64,000 nt of DNA, taken from the NCBI GenBank assembly GCA_964016885.1, contig OZ024742.1:200446001-200510000 (forward strand), in the 5' to 3' direction. The position numbers and the translations under genes were made by a program. The stretch's first letter is position 1, and each line of letters starts with the position of its first letter. The notes under the pieces were generated by a model. The model did not search any database. It was not told the origin of the DNA and saw only the letters and a program-made list of their open reading frames with translations. Positions 29,836-44,202 of the stretch are shown here, in pieces. The stretch is from Eledone cirrhosa. Its lineage: Eukaryota.

Positions 29836-30536
29836 CTATAGGGGCCTACATCTTGCGACCGATTTTCATGAAACTTTACAGGCTCATAGATTAGTCACCG
29901 GAGAGTGTTTTCTATATATCAGCGTATCGTTTTTTTTTTATTCCGAGGTCATTCTGCAGATAAAAATCGATAGGGAGGTCACCTTTTTTTAGGTATCGAA
30001 AAAATATGATTTTTGGCTCTAGCTCCCACATTTTGCCACCGATTTCGTTTAAATTTTAAAGCCAAATAGAATTTATCATTGCACATCCGGTAATGGCTTT
30101 ATATTTTGTATTTGTCGTTCAGGGACGGCGTGGCAGCCGCTTAAATATTCAAAAATACCACTTTTAGACTCAAATTTCTACTTTTTCGGCTCTAGCTCCC
30201 ACATTAATCAACCTACTTTGTTCAAATGTTATACTACGCTAGATCTGATTATTTCACGTCTTAAAGTGGCTTTACATTTTGGATTATTTGTTCAGGAACG
30301 GCGTGGCAGCCGCTTAAATATTTGAGAATACCACCTTTTTGCTCAAATTTCCGCCTTTTCGGCTCTAGCTCTCACACTTTTCAACCGATTTCGTTTAAAT
30401 TCGAAACTTCGGCTCCACCTCACACATGAATCAATTTATTTGGTTCAACTTTTATACTTCGATAGAACCTATTATTGCACATCTTATAGATGGTCAAAGG
30501 CAAAACGATGTCCACTGACGTCGTCTGAGCTTTTAG
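29767..30536 (+). mobile_element. Non-autonomous Helitron-like element with ~173-bp internal tandem repeats
   Basis: 5' A|TCTGTATATATATAAAA plus (TG)n. Repeats start at about 30011, 30184 and 30356. The 3' hairpin acgatgtc-cact-gacgtcgt is followed by TTAG|T. Confidence 0.6.
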
Positions 30537-30800
30537 TTGTGTATTTGAGAATTCAGCGGTTTCCAATCAAGTAGCGTGAGGAAATTTGGCTTAGTGTTAG
30601 AGGTCATTGCCTCCCTCCCCCAGCATGCCCCTTCGTCAGTCACCCACTTTTCTCAGTGATAGAGGTCATCACCACCCTCCCCCGCATGGCCTGTGTGTGG
30701 CCATAGATGAGTCATCGAGAAGCAGTCGCTAAGATCAACACCTTTTCATCAAAGCAGATATTATTTTACCTACCCAGGCAACGCTGGGTACTGCTGCTAG

Positions 30801-31800
30801 TATCGGAGCCACGACCCTCACCCGAGAACAGCTCGACTCATTTCTCTCCTTCTTCTGCTCCTTCCACCCTTCCCTCCATTTCACCACTTCTATCTCCACC
30901 ACCCACGCCCACTTCTTAGACATCTCCGTCGCCATCAACCCCTCCCACCACTCCCTCGTCACCTCCGCCTTCTTCAAACCCACCGACTCCCACTCTACCT
31001 CAACTTCACCTCCTCCCAACCTACACACACTAAACACTCTATTCCCTACTCCCAACTCCTCAGGAACCGCCGCCTCTGCAGCCGAGATGCTGACTTTGAG
31101 TCCCAGGCCCTTTCCCTAGTCAGCCATTTCATCCGCAGAGGTTAACCCCCCTTCCCTCGTCCACACCACCCTCACTCGCGCCCGTTCTATCCACCTCTCT
31201 ACCCCCCCCGTCTCCCTTGCCCCCCCATACCCCTCCCCCCGCACCATCCTTCCGACGCCTCCAGTCCGACCCCTCCACCTCCCACATCTTCCCATCCCCA
31301 CCACTCCCCTCCTTCAAACGCACACACAATCTCCGCACCCTCCTCGTCCGCAGCTCCCTACCCCCAACCCACGCTCTCCCCCCTGTCCCCTTCCCTGTTC
31401 CAGGCCTCGTTACAACACCTGTCCCCACATCACCAACACCACCACCTTCCAGGGTCCCAACGGCCACTCTCTCTCTGTCCGGCATGCCTTCCGCTGCACC
31501 TCCTCCAACCTAGTCTATGGACTTCGCTGCACGGAGTGCAGCGCAACCTACGTCGGACAGACTGGACGTCGCCTGGCGGACCGTTTCACCGAACACCTCC
31601 GGGATATTCGTCTCGGCGGTAGTGCCCCCATCGCCCGCAACTTTGGCCCCCCTGGACATTCCGCGCACCACCTCACAGTCTGTGGCCTATCCAATGCCAC
31701 GGAACACCCGCCACCCACCTCAGGGCCTAACAACGCACAATCTTCACCCTACAGACCCACACTCCCCCCGGCCTGAAATCCCCACCCTTATTCCTTTAGC
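30801..31800 (+). mobile_element. Decayed Neptune-type PLE (RT C-terminus and GIY-YIG)
   Basis: FHPSLHFT, HFLDI, FKPTDSH, SIPYSQLLR.RRLCS, FKR..NLR..LVRS, C.RPR..TC and CTSSNLVYGLRC..C...YVGQTGRRLADRFTEH, with frameshifts. Confidence 0.85.
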
Positions 31801-32197
31801 CTTCGACCGCCATCCCCCCGCATATCCCCCACTAACACCACTAACACACTCCTCCTTTTCACCGCCCACCCCACAACTAACAATACTAACACCCCCACCC
31901 CACCCGACCACCCTCCCCCAACTAACAATACTAAGCCCACCCCCATATCACGCACACACCCACCGGTACATATATACACACACTCACACTATCCACACAC
32001 CCTACTACCACCACAAACCCTCACCTACACATCCACTCCCACCACCCCACAACTAATACCACTAACATCCCCCGACCCCACGCACACGAACACACACACC
32101 CACTTACACCACCCACTCTACACACCCTACCACCACTGACCCCCACTAACACACCCGCATTCAACCCTTTCCCCACCACCAGTATACTAACACCCAC

Positions 32198-32295
32198 TAG
32201 TGTGGTTAGAGAACTAGATTCGCAATCGTGAGATTGTGAGTACGATTCCCAGATGCGTTATATCCTTGAGCAAGACACTTTATTTCACTTTACTC

Positions 32296-32297
<2 letters not shown>
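32198..32297 (+). mobile_element. SINE family 3 fragment
   Basis: Homology to 9073-9190. Confidence 0.65.
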
Positions 32298-32355
<58 letters not shown>

Positions 32356-33539
32356 CGCGCACGTACACAAAAGCATATATACATATATATAAATACATAT
32401 ACACACACACACATATACCCTCACTTGTGAGTCGTCTAATCTGATTCTTTTGAGCTGGAAAATCGTGTCATGTGGCTGACGCAATAAAAACCGTTTGAAA
32501 TCAATAAGCACTAATCAATAGACATTTCATATCGATGACGAAGATGAACGAAGACAGTGACCAAATACCACTGTCCTAGAAAGCTGAGTAAACTGCGTAT
32601 TTTATGTGTGACTTTACTGAATCACTCCATTGTCATGAGAAATATTGTCAAGCATAGCAAAGTTGCAATTTATTATAAAGCAGAGCGTCGTAAGAAACCA
32701 TGAATTAACAATGGCTGCGACAAAAACGATAGAAAATCCGCCATTTTAGTTTGTGCTCTTTTTTTGTTTTGTTTCGCGTTTTGCTTAACCTTTATTGGTT
32801 TTCTTAGGAATATCTGCGGATATTTGCAATATAAATAAATCAATAGAAAAAGAAAATCAACGACAAAATATACAAAGAAATACCAAAGCTATACAAAAGC
32901 AAAGCAGAAATAATCTAAACCCCACCCCAATAAACAAACAAACTATAGCTTGTAAAAAGAATGAAATAAATGCTATATTATTTATATGTAGTTCATACAC
33001 ACACACTCTCTCTCTCACACACACACACACATATATATATATAGATACATGTGTAATTATTTACCACACATGTTTATAGCTTTATATATATATGCATATA
33101 TATATATATAGTTATATATGTGTGTATCGTGTATGTATGTGTGGGGGTGCGTATGCATATACCCATATATATAACTATCTCTCTCTAATCCTCCCTGTGT
33201 CTGCCTGTCTCTCTCTTTCTCTTTCTCTCTCTCTCACACAAACACATACATACATGCATATATATATATATATATATGGAAAGAGAGTGTGCAAGTTAGA
33301 GAGAGATAGTCATATAAAATGTTTGTCCAATTGAATAATAAATATGAGACGAACAGTATCGGAAGGAAATGAGAACCTGATATTCAAAGTCAACCAAATT
33401 TAGAAAGACGGGAAATTTCCTGATATAAATAGATGCACAGTAACACACACACTCACACTCACGCACACACATACACACACAAAAACACACAAACACATAC
33501 ACACATATACACACACATACAAACACACACACTCACAGT

Positions 33540-33680
33540 CACATAACTATATTTACCATTGTCGGACCACCGTCTGTTCTAGGGACAAACGTTCCAGTTG
33601 TTGAAATCAACGTGAAATATAGTATTGTGCTTATGATCATAACACGCCGTCTGGATTCGAACTCACGACATGGCGATATG
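33540..33680 (-). mobile_element. Possible tRNA-derived SINE fragment
   Basis: Minus-strand B box gagttcgaatcc. Confidence 0.35.
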
Positions 33681-33826
33681 TACAAACATAAATACATACA
33701 TACATACATGAATGCATACAAACATAGATACGTACATACATACATATACGTATACATACATACGTACACATACATACATATACATGCATACATACATACA
33801 TACACACATATATATATATATATATA

Positions 33827-33922
33827 CTGGATGCCCCGAAATTGTATACTTGTATACACACTTCATACACACTTCAAAAGCATTGTAATGAAAGTATGTA
33901 TGCATTTTTGGGGGACACCCTG
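33827..33922. mobile_element. Tc1/mariner-type MITE
   Basis: Imperfect TIRs ctggatgccccgaaattgtatac / gtatgcatttttgggggacaccctg, flanked by TA. A solo end lies at about 34742-34760. Confidence 0.55.
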
Positions 33923-34145
33923 TATATATATATCCGGGGCCAGAGAATCAAATTCTCTACCCACACGGAATTGTTTCTCTCACCATTTAATGTATTAGAG
34001 TGTATTCTGTTTTCATTCTGGTTGGTATCTTAACGATGCTTAATTAAAGCACGAGTGAGTGAGAACACCATCGAAGGTATATCGGTCCTTCCGATGACTT
34101 CGTTTAAGTATCATTCTCTCCCTCTCTCCCTCCCTCTCTCTCCCC

Positions 34146-34228
<83 letters not shown>

Positions 34229-34605
34229 GGCACACACACACATATATATATATATATAAGGTTGCGAGGTTTAAGCAAAGAAAGAGTCTTTTATGAAGAA
34301 ACTTAAATTTTATTATAGAGTAAAGATTATGTCTTTGTTTAGCCGTCAAACAGCATGCGGCGACCACAAGCTTGCGCAGCCCATCAGTCCGAGTGATATC
34401 GCCTAGCGAAAGATTTGGAAATCGATTTTTCCCAGCACTCTAGGAATGTATAACAGGCTTGACCGGTAGTAGCACACTGTAAGCTTTAGCCACGTCACTT
34501 GAGGGCGAACGGCAAAGGTGGAAGATGCTGGATGGCGGTCGTCCTCGGGTCTTCGATTTTCAGCCCCATGGATTTTATCTATTAAATTCACTTATTATAT
34601 TTCGA

Positions 34606-34663
34606 ATACCTGATGATATCACCGGATTCATACGGACTCCGGTCATTGAAATGATCATAGTAT
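34606..34663 (+). ncRNA. Minimal hammerhead ribozyme, intact
   Basis: atac-CTGATGA-tatc accgga...tccggt catt-GAAA-T-GATC-A-TA-gtat, located inside a (TA)n-flanked insert at about 34258-34712. Confidence 0.82.
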
Positions 34664-34871
34664 AATAAACCTTTCAAGGATTTACACAAGTCCAGCCTCC
34701 TGTCATTTCATTATATTATATTATATATATATATATAAATACTGGGTGCCCCGAAATTATATATATATATATATATATATATTAATGGGAAGAAAGAATC
34801 AGTATTGCATCATATTTAATTACATATTACATGTTTCACTGCCGATTAGCTCGAGGAACAATCGAATAATG

Positions 34872-34916
<45 letters not shown>

Positions 34917-35920
34917 TATTTATAGATAGATAGATAGATATGTGTATGTATGTGTGTGCGTCTGTTAAACCCCATTGAGTTCGTGGAGGATGACCTATAT
35001 TATTAATCTTTTATCTAGTTTGGGACAATAACATCAGCGATAGTACATCAGCGATATTAGATTTTCCCGGTATAATATCTTTTATGAAATTGATATTAAT
35101 CATGAAATATTTTCTATTGCCGCAATTTTATAGGGACCAGATTGTATCAGGAATGATATCTTTATTGAGGATATCATAATCACCAGATCTAAATGTTAGT
35201 TTTAATCGTTAATTCCTTTTTTCTCGCCGATCAATAACTACACTTATTTATATATTACAGTGCAGTATCGCCGTGATTAGTTTTAGCCAGTGTTTTTATA
35301 AAATATATCTTCAATTGTTAATCGACTAATTTTGGTGAGGAAATTTATATGGGATGATTTTATTGTCAACTAATATCTTTCTATTTATGTTTGTTTTTTG
35401 TGTTTCGTATTGTAATACATTGTAATTCTTTCTGGTTGGGAATACATGATCAGACAACTAGAAAATGTAATATGTGATATTACAGTTTCTGTAATAAAGT
35501 TTATAAGTTTCATGTTTACAAATTTGAAAGCAGGTATCTTTCAAACAATGAGGAAGATAATTTATCTATGTTATTTGGTGTTATTTTGTTGTTAATGAAA
35601 GCTGCCTGAGTACATGATAACAGAATGGCTTAAGTGTTAATTCTGAAGAAACAAAACAATAAAAGTTCATGATGAAATTTACCTATTGCAAAACCAGCTC
35701 TCAGATGACATCGATAAAAGTAAACGAACCTTTGTCGGTTTCGACGATGATTCTTCCTTTTGTTCGATCAATGGTGCAGCCTGTTCTTGAAATTAACGTA
35801 CAAATGGTTAAGTATTCAGCAGACACATGTACCTTGAACATAATCCTCAGTGAAATTCAGTGTGATACAGTAAATGACATAGCTGGGTCTTTAAATTACA
35901 GGTATATTTCATCCCTAGTG

Positions 35921-36195
35921 GAGGCACGTAGCCTAGTAAGGGTGTTGGACTTACAATCATAATGTCATGGGTTCGATTCCTGAGCTGGGTTGCGCGTTAT
36001 GTTCTTGGGCAAAACACTTCATTTCACGTTGCTCCAGTATACTCAGCTGAAAGTGAGTACCAGCAATAGCTGGGGGTTTAACCCTGCGATGGACTGGCGT
36101 CCTGTTCAGGGGGGAGTTTTGTACTCTCAGTCGCTTCACCCCATAAAATCGGGATAAGCAACGGTCTAACGAGCTTTCTGGCTTAAGGCAGACCT
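35921..36195 (+). mobile_element. tRNA-derived CORE-type SINE (family 2)
   Basis: A/B boxes, cttgggcaaaacactt and cctgcgatggactggcgtcc. Homologue at 39787-40035. Confidence 0.8.
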
Positions 36196-36835
36196 TAAAT
36201 CTTTAGATATTTCATTTAATCAGCTTCAAAACAGTTTCCGTCTACACGAATTTACTCACATGTCTTGGGTGGATACTACACTTGCTCAAGAGGCCACATG
36301 CTGGGATCGAATCCGGGACCTTATAATAGCAAAGCGAACTTCATAACCAAGTATCAATACTGCATCTATTATGAGTCTCTGTCTGTAACCAATGAACAAA
36401 CACATTCTAAAACGTTGCTCAATTTCCTGATTGTTCAAAACGGAACATCTTAGTCTACTCTATCAAAAATCACTATGACGAGATATTTATCTAATAAATA
36501 ACTCCTGTTCACTAATTGCTTATAATTGATCAATAGATTATCGCTGATAACTGGTTAATCGATAGCTCATATCTAATATCCGTTTACATGCTTTATTTTA
36601 CCAGTCAGCCAAACAATAAAAAAGAATGTAAATAAATAAGCAAATAAATAAAAAAAATAATACATACAAAATAAAGTAATAAAATAACAAAAGACAAAAT
36701 TATGAAATTTATTTGATAGCGACCAATACACATCAGTATCTTACAGTGATTTGATTAACGGAGAACAGACATGGATATAACAGTCAATTTAATGTCTATT
36801 ATCATTATCATTGTTATTATTATAATGAAGTTAAC

Positions 36836-36925
36836 GGATTGGCAGTATCGGTGGAGCGTCGAACAACATGCTTTGAGGCATAGAGTTACCATCCTTTACA
36901 TTCTGAGTTCAAATCCCTTACCTGT
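36836..36925 (+). mobile_element. SINE family 1, head only
   Basis: ggattggcagtatcgg...gagttcaaatcc. Confidence 0.65.
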
Positions 36926-38951
36926 CGAATAGATGACAATTGCGTTTCGCAGTTGAGAGCAAAAAGCCTCGGTATCATTTATATAGTAACGAGAGTTTCC
37001 AGGTTTCATAAAAAACAGAGAACCGCAAGCTCTTCCCTTGCAGCCAACACCAGGGCTCCAACAACAACAACAACAAAAGTAACAATGACAACCGAAGCAA
37101 CTGTAGTCATACCAGCTCCTGTAGCAGTAGAAAAACAGCAAGAGTGATAACACCAACCTCTAAAATCAAAACTGAAACATAAATAAAACAGGACACAAGA
37201 AATCTTCCCACAAAACAACAGATTCTCTCAAACACAATACACACACCCACAGCAAATACTGATAAATCTGAAACAACACCATCACTAACAACATCACCAC
37301 CACTACTTACAATAAAAATAAAAAACACGACGCCAGAACAACAAAAAACAACAAAACACACACTAAACTGATGTATCTAATATCACAAGGGAAGTTCATT
37401 ATGAAAGGGGGGGGGGGTTTCAAGTCTTTCACCTTCAAAATGCCTCCAAACCTAAAATTAATTAGATTAAATATTGCCAGTTACAAATCAATGAGGGAGA
37501 GCTCCGGGCATTACTTTGGAAATGTTAATGTCAAGGCCAGCTGTTGGCTTCTAAAGGGTTTCCTGAAGAAGAGACATGGAATTCGGAACACCGATCTCAA
37601 ACAGCACCAACAGTGTAAGTAGCTCTCTCCATTTTTCTCCTCTCTCTTTCCTGCCAACATGGCAGCTATAAGAATTGGCTGGATATTCACTTGGCCCGAA
37701 GTCGCCCTCGATACAAGGTCACTTGCTCAATATATGCAGGTCACTAGCTGTAGCAGAGCTGTCGGCTTTCTTCAGGCATCCGGAAACCGTTCATGGAACG
37801 ACTCCCCTTTTACTGTTAGCAGAGGACTGGAACGGCATCTTGAATGCACAAAGTGACTGTATGTGGTAGCTTATAGAAGAGGAGTTTCAAAAGCCTAACA
37901 AATCTGATCAAAGACTTCCAACAGTTTGACAAGTCCCGCCGACTATATATGTATATGCATGCGTGTTTCAGCGTGTCATGCGTTAATTTTAAGCACCGAC
38001 TGTCCCGTCTCTAGTTTTTGAATCACCACTCTACTCCGATACCTCCCTAGAACTTAGTGAATTTAGTTATACATCTATAGTACCATTCTCCATTCCGTTA
38101 TCCATGTCACCTTTACAAGAATCGGAGGGATGTTGTAACCCAAACCAACTTAAAAATAAAAACTAAATTCTTTGAAAAATCTGAAATTTTAAACTGGTTT
38201 TTCAAACATCCAAAATTGACAGCCAGTCAACCCGAGGCGGAAATGGAAAGTGATTCAAGAAGCAGGTATGAGGTTAGCTTTCCCTTGGCTACTTTCATCA
38301 ACAAACACTACCGCACTCTACCTGTCATTAATGAAACGCCCACTAACGTCATCGCTATTACAGGCCCCTGTAGTAGTACTACTACTACTACCACCACCAC
38401 CACACCACCAACAACAACAACAACTATATCAACAACACTAAAGGCATGAATAAGAACCATAAAATCAACACCAGTAATGTGTTCTGCAGTATTGGCGACA
38501 ACGCCGCCGTCACCAACTCCGTCGTCGAATATTTCAGCATCAGGTATCAATAGCAGCAACAGCAGCAGAAGCAGTAGCGGAAGGACCCACCCACCCACCA
38601 CCATCACCACGACGACGACGACCACCACCACCACCACTACTACTACTACTACCACCCTACTTGAAAGCAGGTGGTCCGCCTGAGGAGGAAGCTCCGTGAG
38701 GTGGGGAGGTTATTGCAGCGGGTGTCTTTGGTAATTCTCTGCGGTAATGCCTTTGCCGTTTTGTCCGTGGTTTTTTGCGGGCGAGGCACCTATCAAACTG
38801 GGATGTAGTCCCTTCCCCCCCCATCACTCCCTTTCTATCGCTGCTTAGTCCTTTATTTTTTTGGCCCTTTTCTTTTTCTTCTTTTCATTTCCTTTTTCTC
38901 TTCCTCTTATGTTCTATTTGATTGTGTGTTTCGTTAGATGCTGCTCACACT

Positions 38952-39175
38952 GGCGGTGGACTGGCAGTATCGGTAGAGGGTCAGACGCCATGCTTTGCAG
39001 CATAGAGTTACGGCCCTTTACGATCTAAGTTCAAATCCCGCCGAAGTTAGCTTTGCCTTTCATCCTTACGGGGTCGATAAAATTAAGCACCAGTAATGAA
39101 CTGGGGTCGATTTAATCGACCCCCCCCCAATTGCTGACCTTGTGCCTAGATAAGAAACCATTAAATAAGAAACCA
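38952..39175 (+). mobile_element. SINE family 1 with TSD
   Basis: TSD ttagat(g/a)ctgctca at 38934-38947 and 39176-39189. Confidence 0.88.
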
Positions 39176-39786
39176 TTAGATACTGCTCAATATTTGTTTA
39201 TATAACGACGACATTCTTGAAGAAAGCGTTCCTATATTTTATTTAAAAAAAGAAGAAAAGAATTACTTGACAACGATGTGGGAAAGGAAAGGGGTCATTA
39301 CTCGCAGCAAGTGTTATGGGATGGTAAATATTATATTTGTCAAGAATCCATTTTTATTTAAATCCTACCTAGGCTGGCGAATGATGATGGTGTGGGTGGT
39401 GGATACATCTCTACAGGTAAACATGTAGCGTGCATATCAGTTATTTTAACCAACGAAGAAGACAAGGTGACCATCCGGGGGGGGGGGGGGGGCTGAATAA
39501 ATTACTCAAAGAAAACTGATCATCCGACCTGTCTACTCTCCATCCGACGGCTAGATCTCCCACACACTTTGGTGTGGGCGGGAGATGTCTTCTCTTGTGA
39601 AAATGCGTATAGCTTTCATTATGTAAAATCTTCCCATTTTGCTTCATTTCTCCCAGTTTTGGGGCACTTTTTTCATGGTACTCCCCGTTTGGATTTTTAG
39701 AGTTTGGCAGGTCTGGGTCATGGATAGGAAAGAATCTCATAATCGACCGGTTAAATTACTTTTACTCTTTGTTTCGATGCAAAATA

Positions 39787-40035
39787 GGTGCGTGGCCTAG
39801 TGGTAAGGGTATTGGACTTACGACCATAATGTCGCGGGTTTGATTCATGGACAGGGTTATGTGCTGTGTTCTTGAGCAAAACACCTCATTTCACATTGTT
39901 CCAGTATACTCAAGTGAAAGCAAGTACCAATAATAGAACCCTTCGTTGGACAGGCGTCATGTCCAAGGCGGAGTCATGTACTCTCAATCACTCCACACCA
40001 CAGAAACCGGGATAAACGCTCGCCCCATAAGCCTC
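39787..40035 (+). mobile_element. CORE-type SINE (family 2)
   Basis: Homology to 35921-36195. Confidence 0.78.
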
Positions 40036-40286
40036 CAGATAAAATTTAGACAGACTTTTTGACAAAAAAGGCACAGGTATCATATATGTGATGATACCAA
40101 AATTGTAACCGTATTTGCCTTTCTGGCCAGATCAGTATAATACGACCGAGTTGTATTATAGACAACCTCTTACCTGTAGTAACAAGTTTGAAACATCTCG
40201 CCCCAAACACAGCAACGGACAGAAGGAATACACTTATGCAAAAGTAACAGTTATAGTTAGATATGAAGAGGTTACACATACATACA

Positions 40287-40789
40287 TAATGGCTGCAAAC
40301 TCTGCTAAGAGTATCACAAAAAAATGGTGCACTTTTAGGCTACGGCCAGCCACACGAACCTGTAACAGATCCTGAACAAACAATGCTTGAGCTTCGAAGG
40401 TTTTTGTAAGTGGGGTAAGGCCTTGCACTCTATGAATTCCACTCTCTGAGCATCGAAAGCACTACCCAAAAAGGAGAACTGGTCAACATCATCGGATGCT
40501 TCCGAAGCCGCAGTTTTTTTCAGAGTTTTCCTCTCCTAGAAAGGGTTGTGACAACTGGGGGCTTTCACTCACAGGTAAAAAAAAAAAAAGTACTATTTTT
40601 ATGGCTGTTGACCCTGCTGAGTTCCGCCGCCCTTTGCCGGGTCTTGTATTTCATCCCACAGGGTGTCCAAATATCACCCACCTCACCAAGCTAGCTTGGT
40701 GGGGTTGCCGGTTTAGTCGCCGACCACCTGACCAAGAGACAGGTTGTACTGGGTTACATGTTACCAGTAGCACTCAAGAGCGACCTGAC
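40287..40789 (-). mobile_element. Apparently full-length ~500-bp non-autonomous RTE-derived element
   Basis: Structured 5' leader shared with 23150-23356. 3' end gcagccattat followed by (GTAT)n. (TACA) on both sides. Confidence 0.7.
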
Positions 40790-40858
40790 ATACATACATA
40801 CATCATGATGATGGCTGCCCCCTCGTTATCGAGTATGGTCATTGACGATATAACATTT

Positions 40859-41037
40859 TGGCAGTATCGGTAGAGGGTCGGACGCCATGCTTTCCAGCAT
40901 AGTTACGTCCCTTTACGATCTGAGTTCAAATCCCGCCGAGGTTGACTTTGCCTTTCATCCTTACGGGGTCGATAAAATAAAGTACCAGTAATGTACTGGA
41001 TAATTGCTGGCCTTGTGCCTAAAGTAGAAACAATTAT
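40859..41037 (+). mobile_element. SINE family 1
   Basis: Homology to 6280-6460. Confidence 0.88.
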
Positions 41038-41211
41038 TAATAATTATTAATTAATTCTATCATACAATGCGGGTGCGTGAAGATTTTATTTAAAGTGAGG
41101 AAAGACTGTGCACTGAGCCAATCCCACTCTCTGGGCGACAGTAGCTATAACCCGAAAAAAAGTAACATCGGTAACTACATCGGAGACATACATACACACA
41201 TATATACACAC

Positions 41212-41276
<65 letters not shown>

Positions 41277-41431
41277 CATACATATATATACATACATATA
41301 TACATACATACATATATATACATACATACACACACACATACATACATATATACATACACACATACATACACACATATATATATATATATATATACATACA
41401 TCTATACATACACACACACATACATACACAC

Positions 41432-41478
<47 letters not shown>

Positions 41479-41547
41479 CATACATACATATACATACATA
41501 TATACATACATACATATACATACATACACACACACATACATACACAC

Positions 41548-41634
<87 letters not shown>

Positions 41635-41922
41635 CATACATACATATATATACATACATACACACACACATACATACATACATATATACATACACACATA
41701 CATACACACATATATATATATATATACATACATATATACATACATATATACATACGCACATACATACATACACACATATATATATATACATACATACATA
41801 CATATATACATACACACATACATACACATATATATACATACATATATATATATACATACATTCATATATATATACATACATACACACATACATATATATA
41901 TATATACATACACACATACATG

Positions 41923-41956
<34 letters not shown>

Positions 41957-42226
41957 CATACATACATACACACATACATACATACATATATACATACATA
42001 CATACATGCATACATATAGAAATAGACACCTTTCCAATTCTGGTGAAAAGTATTTTTACTTTTGCTGTCATTGTTTTGTTTGTTCACTTGTTTGGTTTAT
42101 TATTTACTTCTTTGTTAGTCTGTGATAATTAATACTTTTATTAATCTGTTTGATCTTAATTCATCTATATTCTGTTATTTCTCCTATCTGCTACCATACT
42201 TTCTCTCTGTCGCTCTCCACCTCTCA

Positions 42227-42439
<213 letters not shown>

Positions 42440-42518
42440 TATAAATAGAGAGAGGTCTGCCGTCGGGGTCATACTTTTTCCCATATATATATATATATAT
42501 GTATATACACACACATAT

Positions 42519-42590
<72 letters not shown>

Positions 42591-42593
42591 ATA

Positions 42594-42624
<31 letters not shown>

Positions 42625-42626
42625 GT

Positions 42627-42810
42627 GAAAAAGTATGACCCCGACGGCAGAGCTCAAGCCGTTTCGACGGCTATTTCTGGACTGAAATAGCGTCCAGAAA
42701 TAGACGTCGAAACGGCTTGAGCGCTGCCATCGGGGTCATACTTTTTCCTATTACCCACTATACTACCCTAAGTATTGAGTACTCTGGTGCGTTATGGTCC
42801 ATCCTTCGTT
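42627..42810 (+). mobile_element. Family C fold-back (extra arm fragment at 42453-42482)
   Basis: Homology to 16247-16430. Confidence 0.82.
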
Positions 42811-43264
42811 ATATATATATGCATATATATATATGTATATATGCATATATATATATATATGTATATATGCATATATATATATGTATCTAGGTGTATGTTT
42901 GTATATTTGTATGTATGTATGTATATAGGTATCTATGCATGCATGTAGGTATGCATCTATGTGTATATATGTGTATGTATGCATGTGTGTGTGTGTGCAT
43001 GTATGCATTTATGTATGTATATTTGTATATATATGTTTACCTACGCACACACACACAGACGCACACATATATATATATATGCATGCACATACATACACAC
43101 ACATATATATTTGTCCTCGTGCTAATTTTGCAAAAGACACACACACACAGACACACACTTTCTCTCTCACACATACGCATACATGCGTTATATATATATA
43201 TATCTTTATATATACATTTATGTATATACATATATGTGTATATATTTAAATATATATATATATG

Positions 43265-43473
43265 ATGTTAGAAAAACCACAGACCCTCCATCTCAACTCT
43301 ACTTTTGAAAGCAGAAGAACTGCGAAACCGGTAAAGGAACCAAATAAATATATATATTTTTTAAAAAATAAGACTCCAGTTGCATTTTCGATTTCATCTT
43401 TTTTTCTTTATACTTTCACTCGTGTAGGACACCTCGGTTATTTTTCATTTTGAAAAAAAAACCTCACTTTCTA
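43265..43473 (+). mobile_element. Family J element
   Basis: Reverse-complement copy of 8775-8981. Confidence 0.78.
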
Positions 43474-43477
43474 ATAT

Positions 43478-43559
<82 letters not shown>

Positions 43560-43596
43560 GAAACCTTTTAAGGAATTACACCAGCCTCCTGTTATC

Positions 43597-43661
<65 letters not shown>

Positions 43662-43669
<8 letters not shown>

Positions 43670-44107
43670 ATACTTTGGGAGGGTCATGTTGCCAATAAGA
43701 AACACACACACCAGTTGCTTTCACTTCAATTTATTATAATAAATTTAGGAATTTATAAACTTCCGGTTGGTTGGTTCCACAACCAAATGATTGTTTATAT
43801 ATTGTCAAAGTTCTTTCGTCACACATTCTGTGACCTCTTCAGTCACTGGGGATTCTTTTCTTTGTTCATTGAAGAGGTCACAGAATGTGTGACGAAAGAA
43901 CTTTGACAATATATAAACAATCATCTGGTTGTGGAACCAACCAACCGGAAATTTATAAATTCCTAAATTTATATTATTATAATAAATTGAAGTGAAACAA
44001 CTGGTGCGTGTGTTTCTTATTAGCAACATGACCCTCCCAAAGTATAACAATATCGGTTTCAACACACGTTTTCAGATAAAGAATCTTGCTAAATAAATTC
44101 AGAAACG

Positions 44108-44110
<3 letters not shown>
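43662..44110 (+). mobile_element. Family A fold-back
   Basis: Arms of about 185 bp with the tail on the right. Hammerhead at about 43803-43846 (-). The plus arm starts inside the CTGAAGA core. Confidence 0.88.
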
Positions 44111-44187
<77 letters not shown>

Positions 44188-44202
44188 ACATATATATATA
44201 TC

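Noticed and set aside
36953-38700. Thr/Ser/Gln-rich ORFs resembling mucin or transcription-factor exons, and a GTAAGT at about 37615
   Set aside because: Stops interrupt all frames, the content is decayed trinucleotide repeat, and there is no recognisable domain or coherent exon chain.
39441-39740. 99-aa non-repetitive ORF on the minus strand
   Set aside because: No recognisable motif or clear splice acceptor. It cannot be excluded without RNA-seq.
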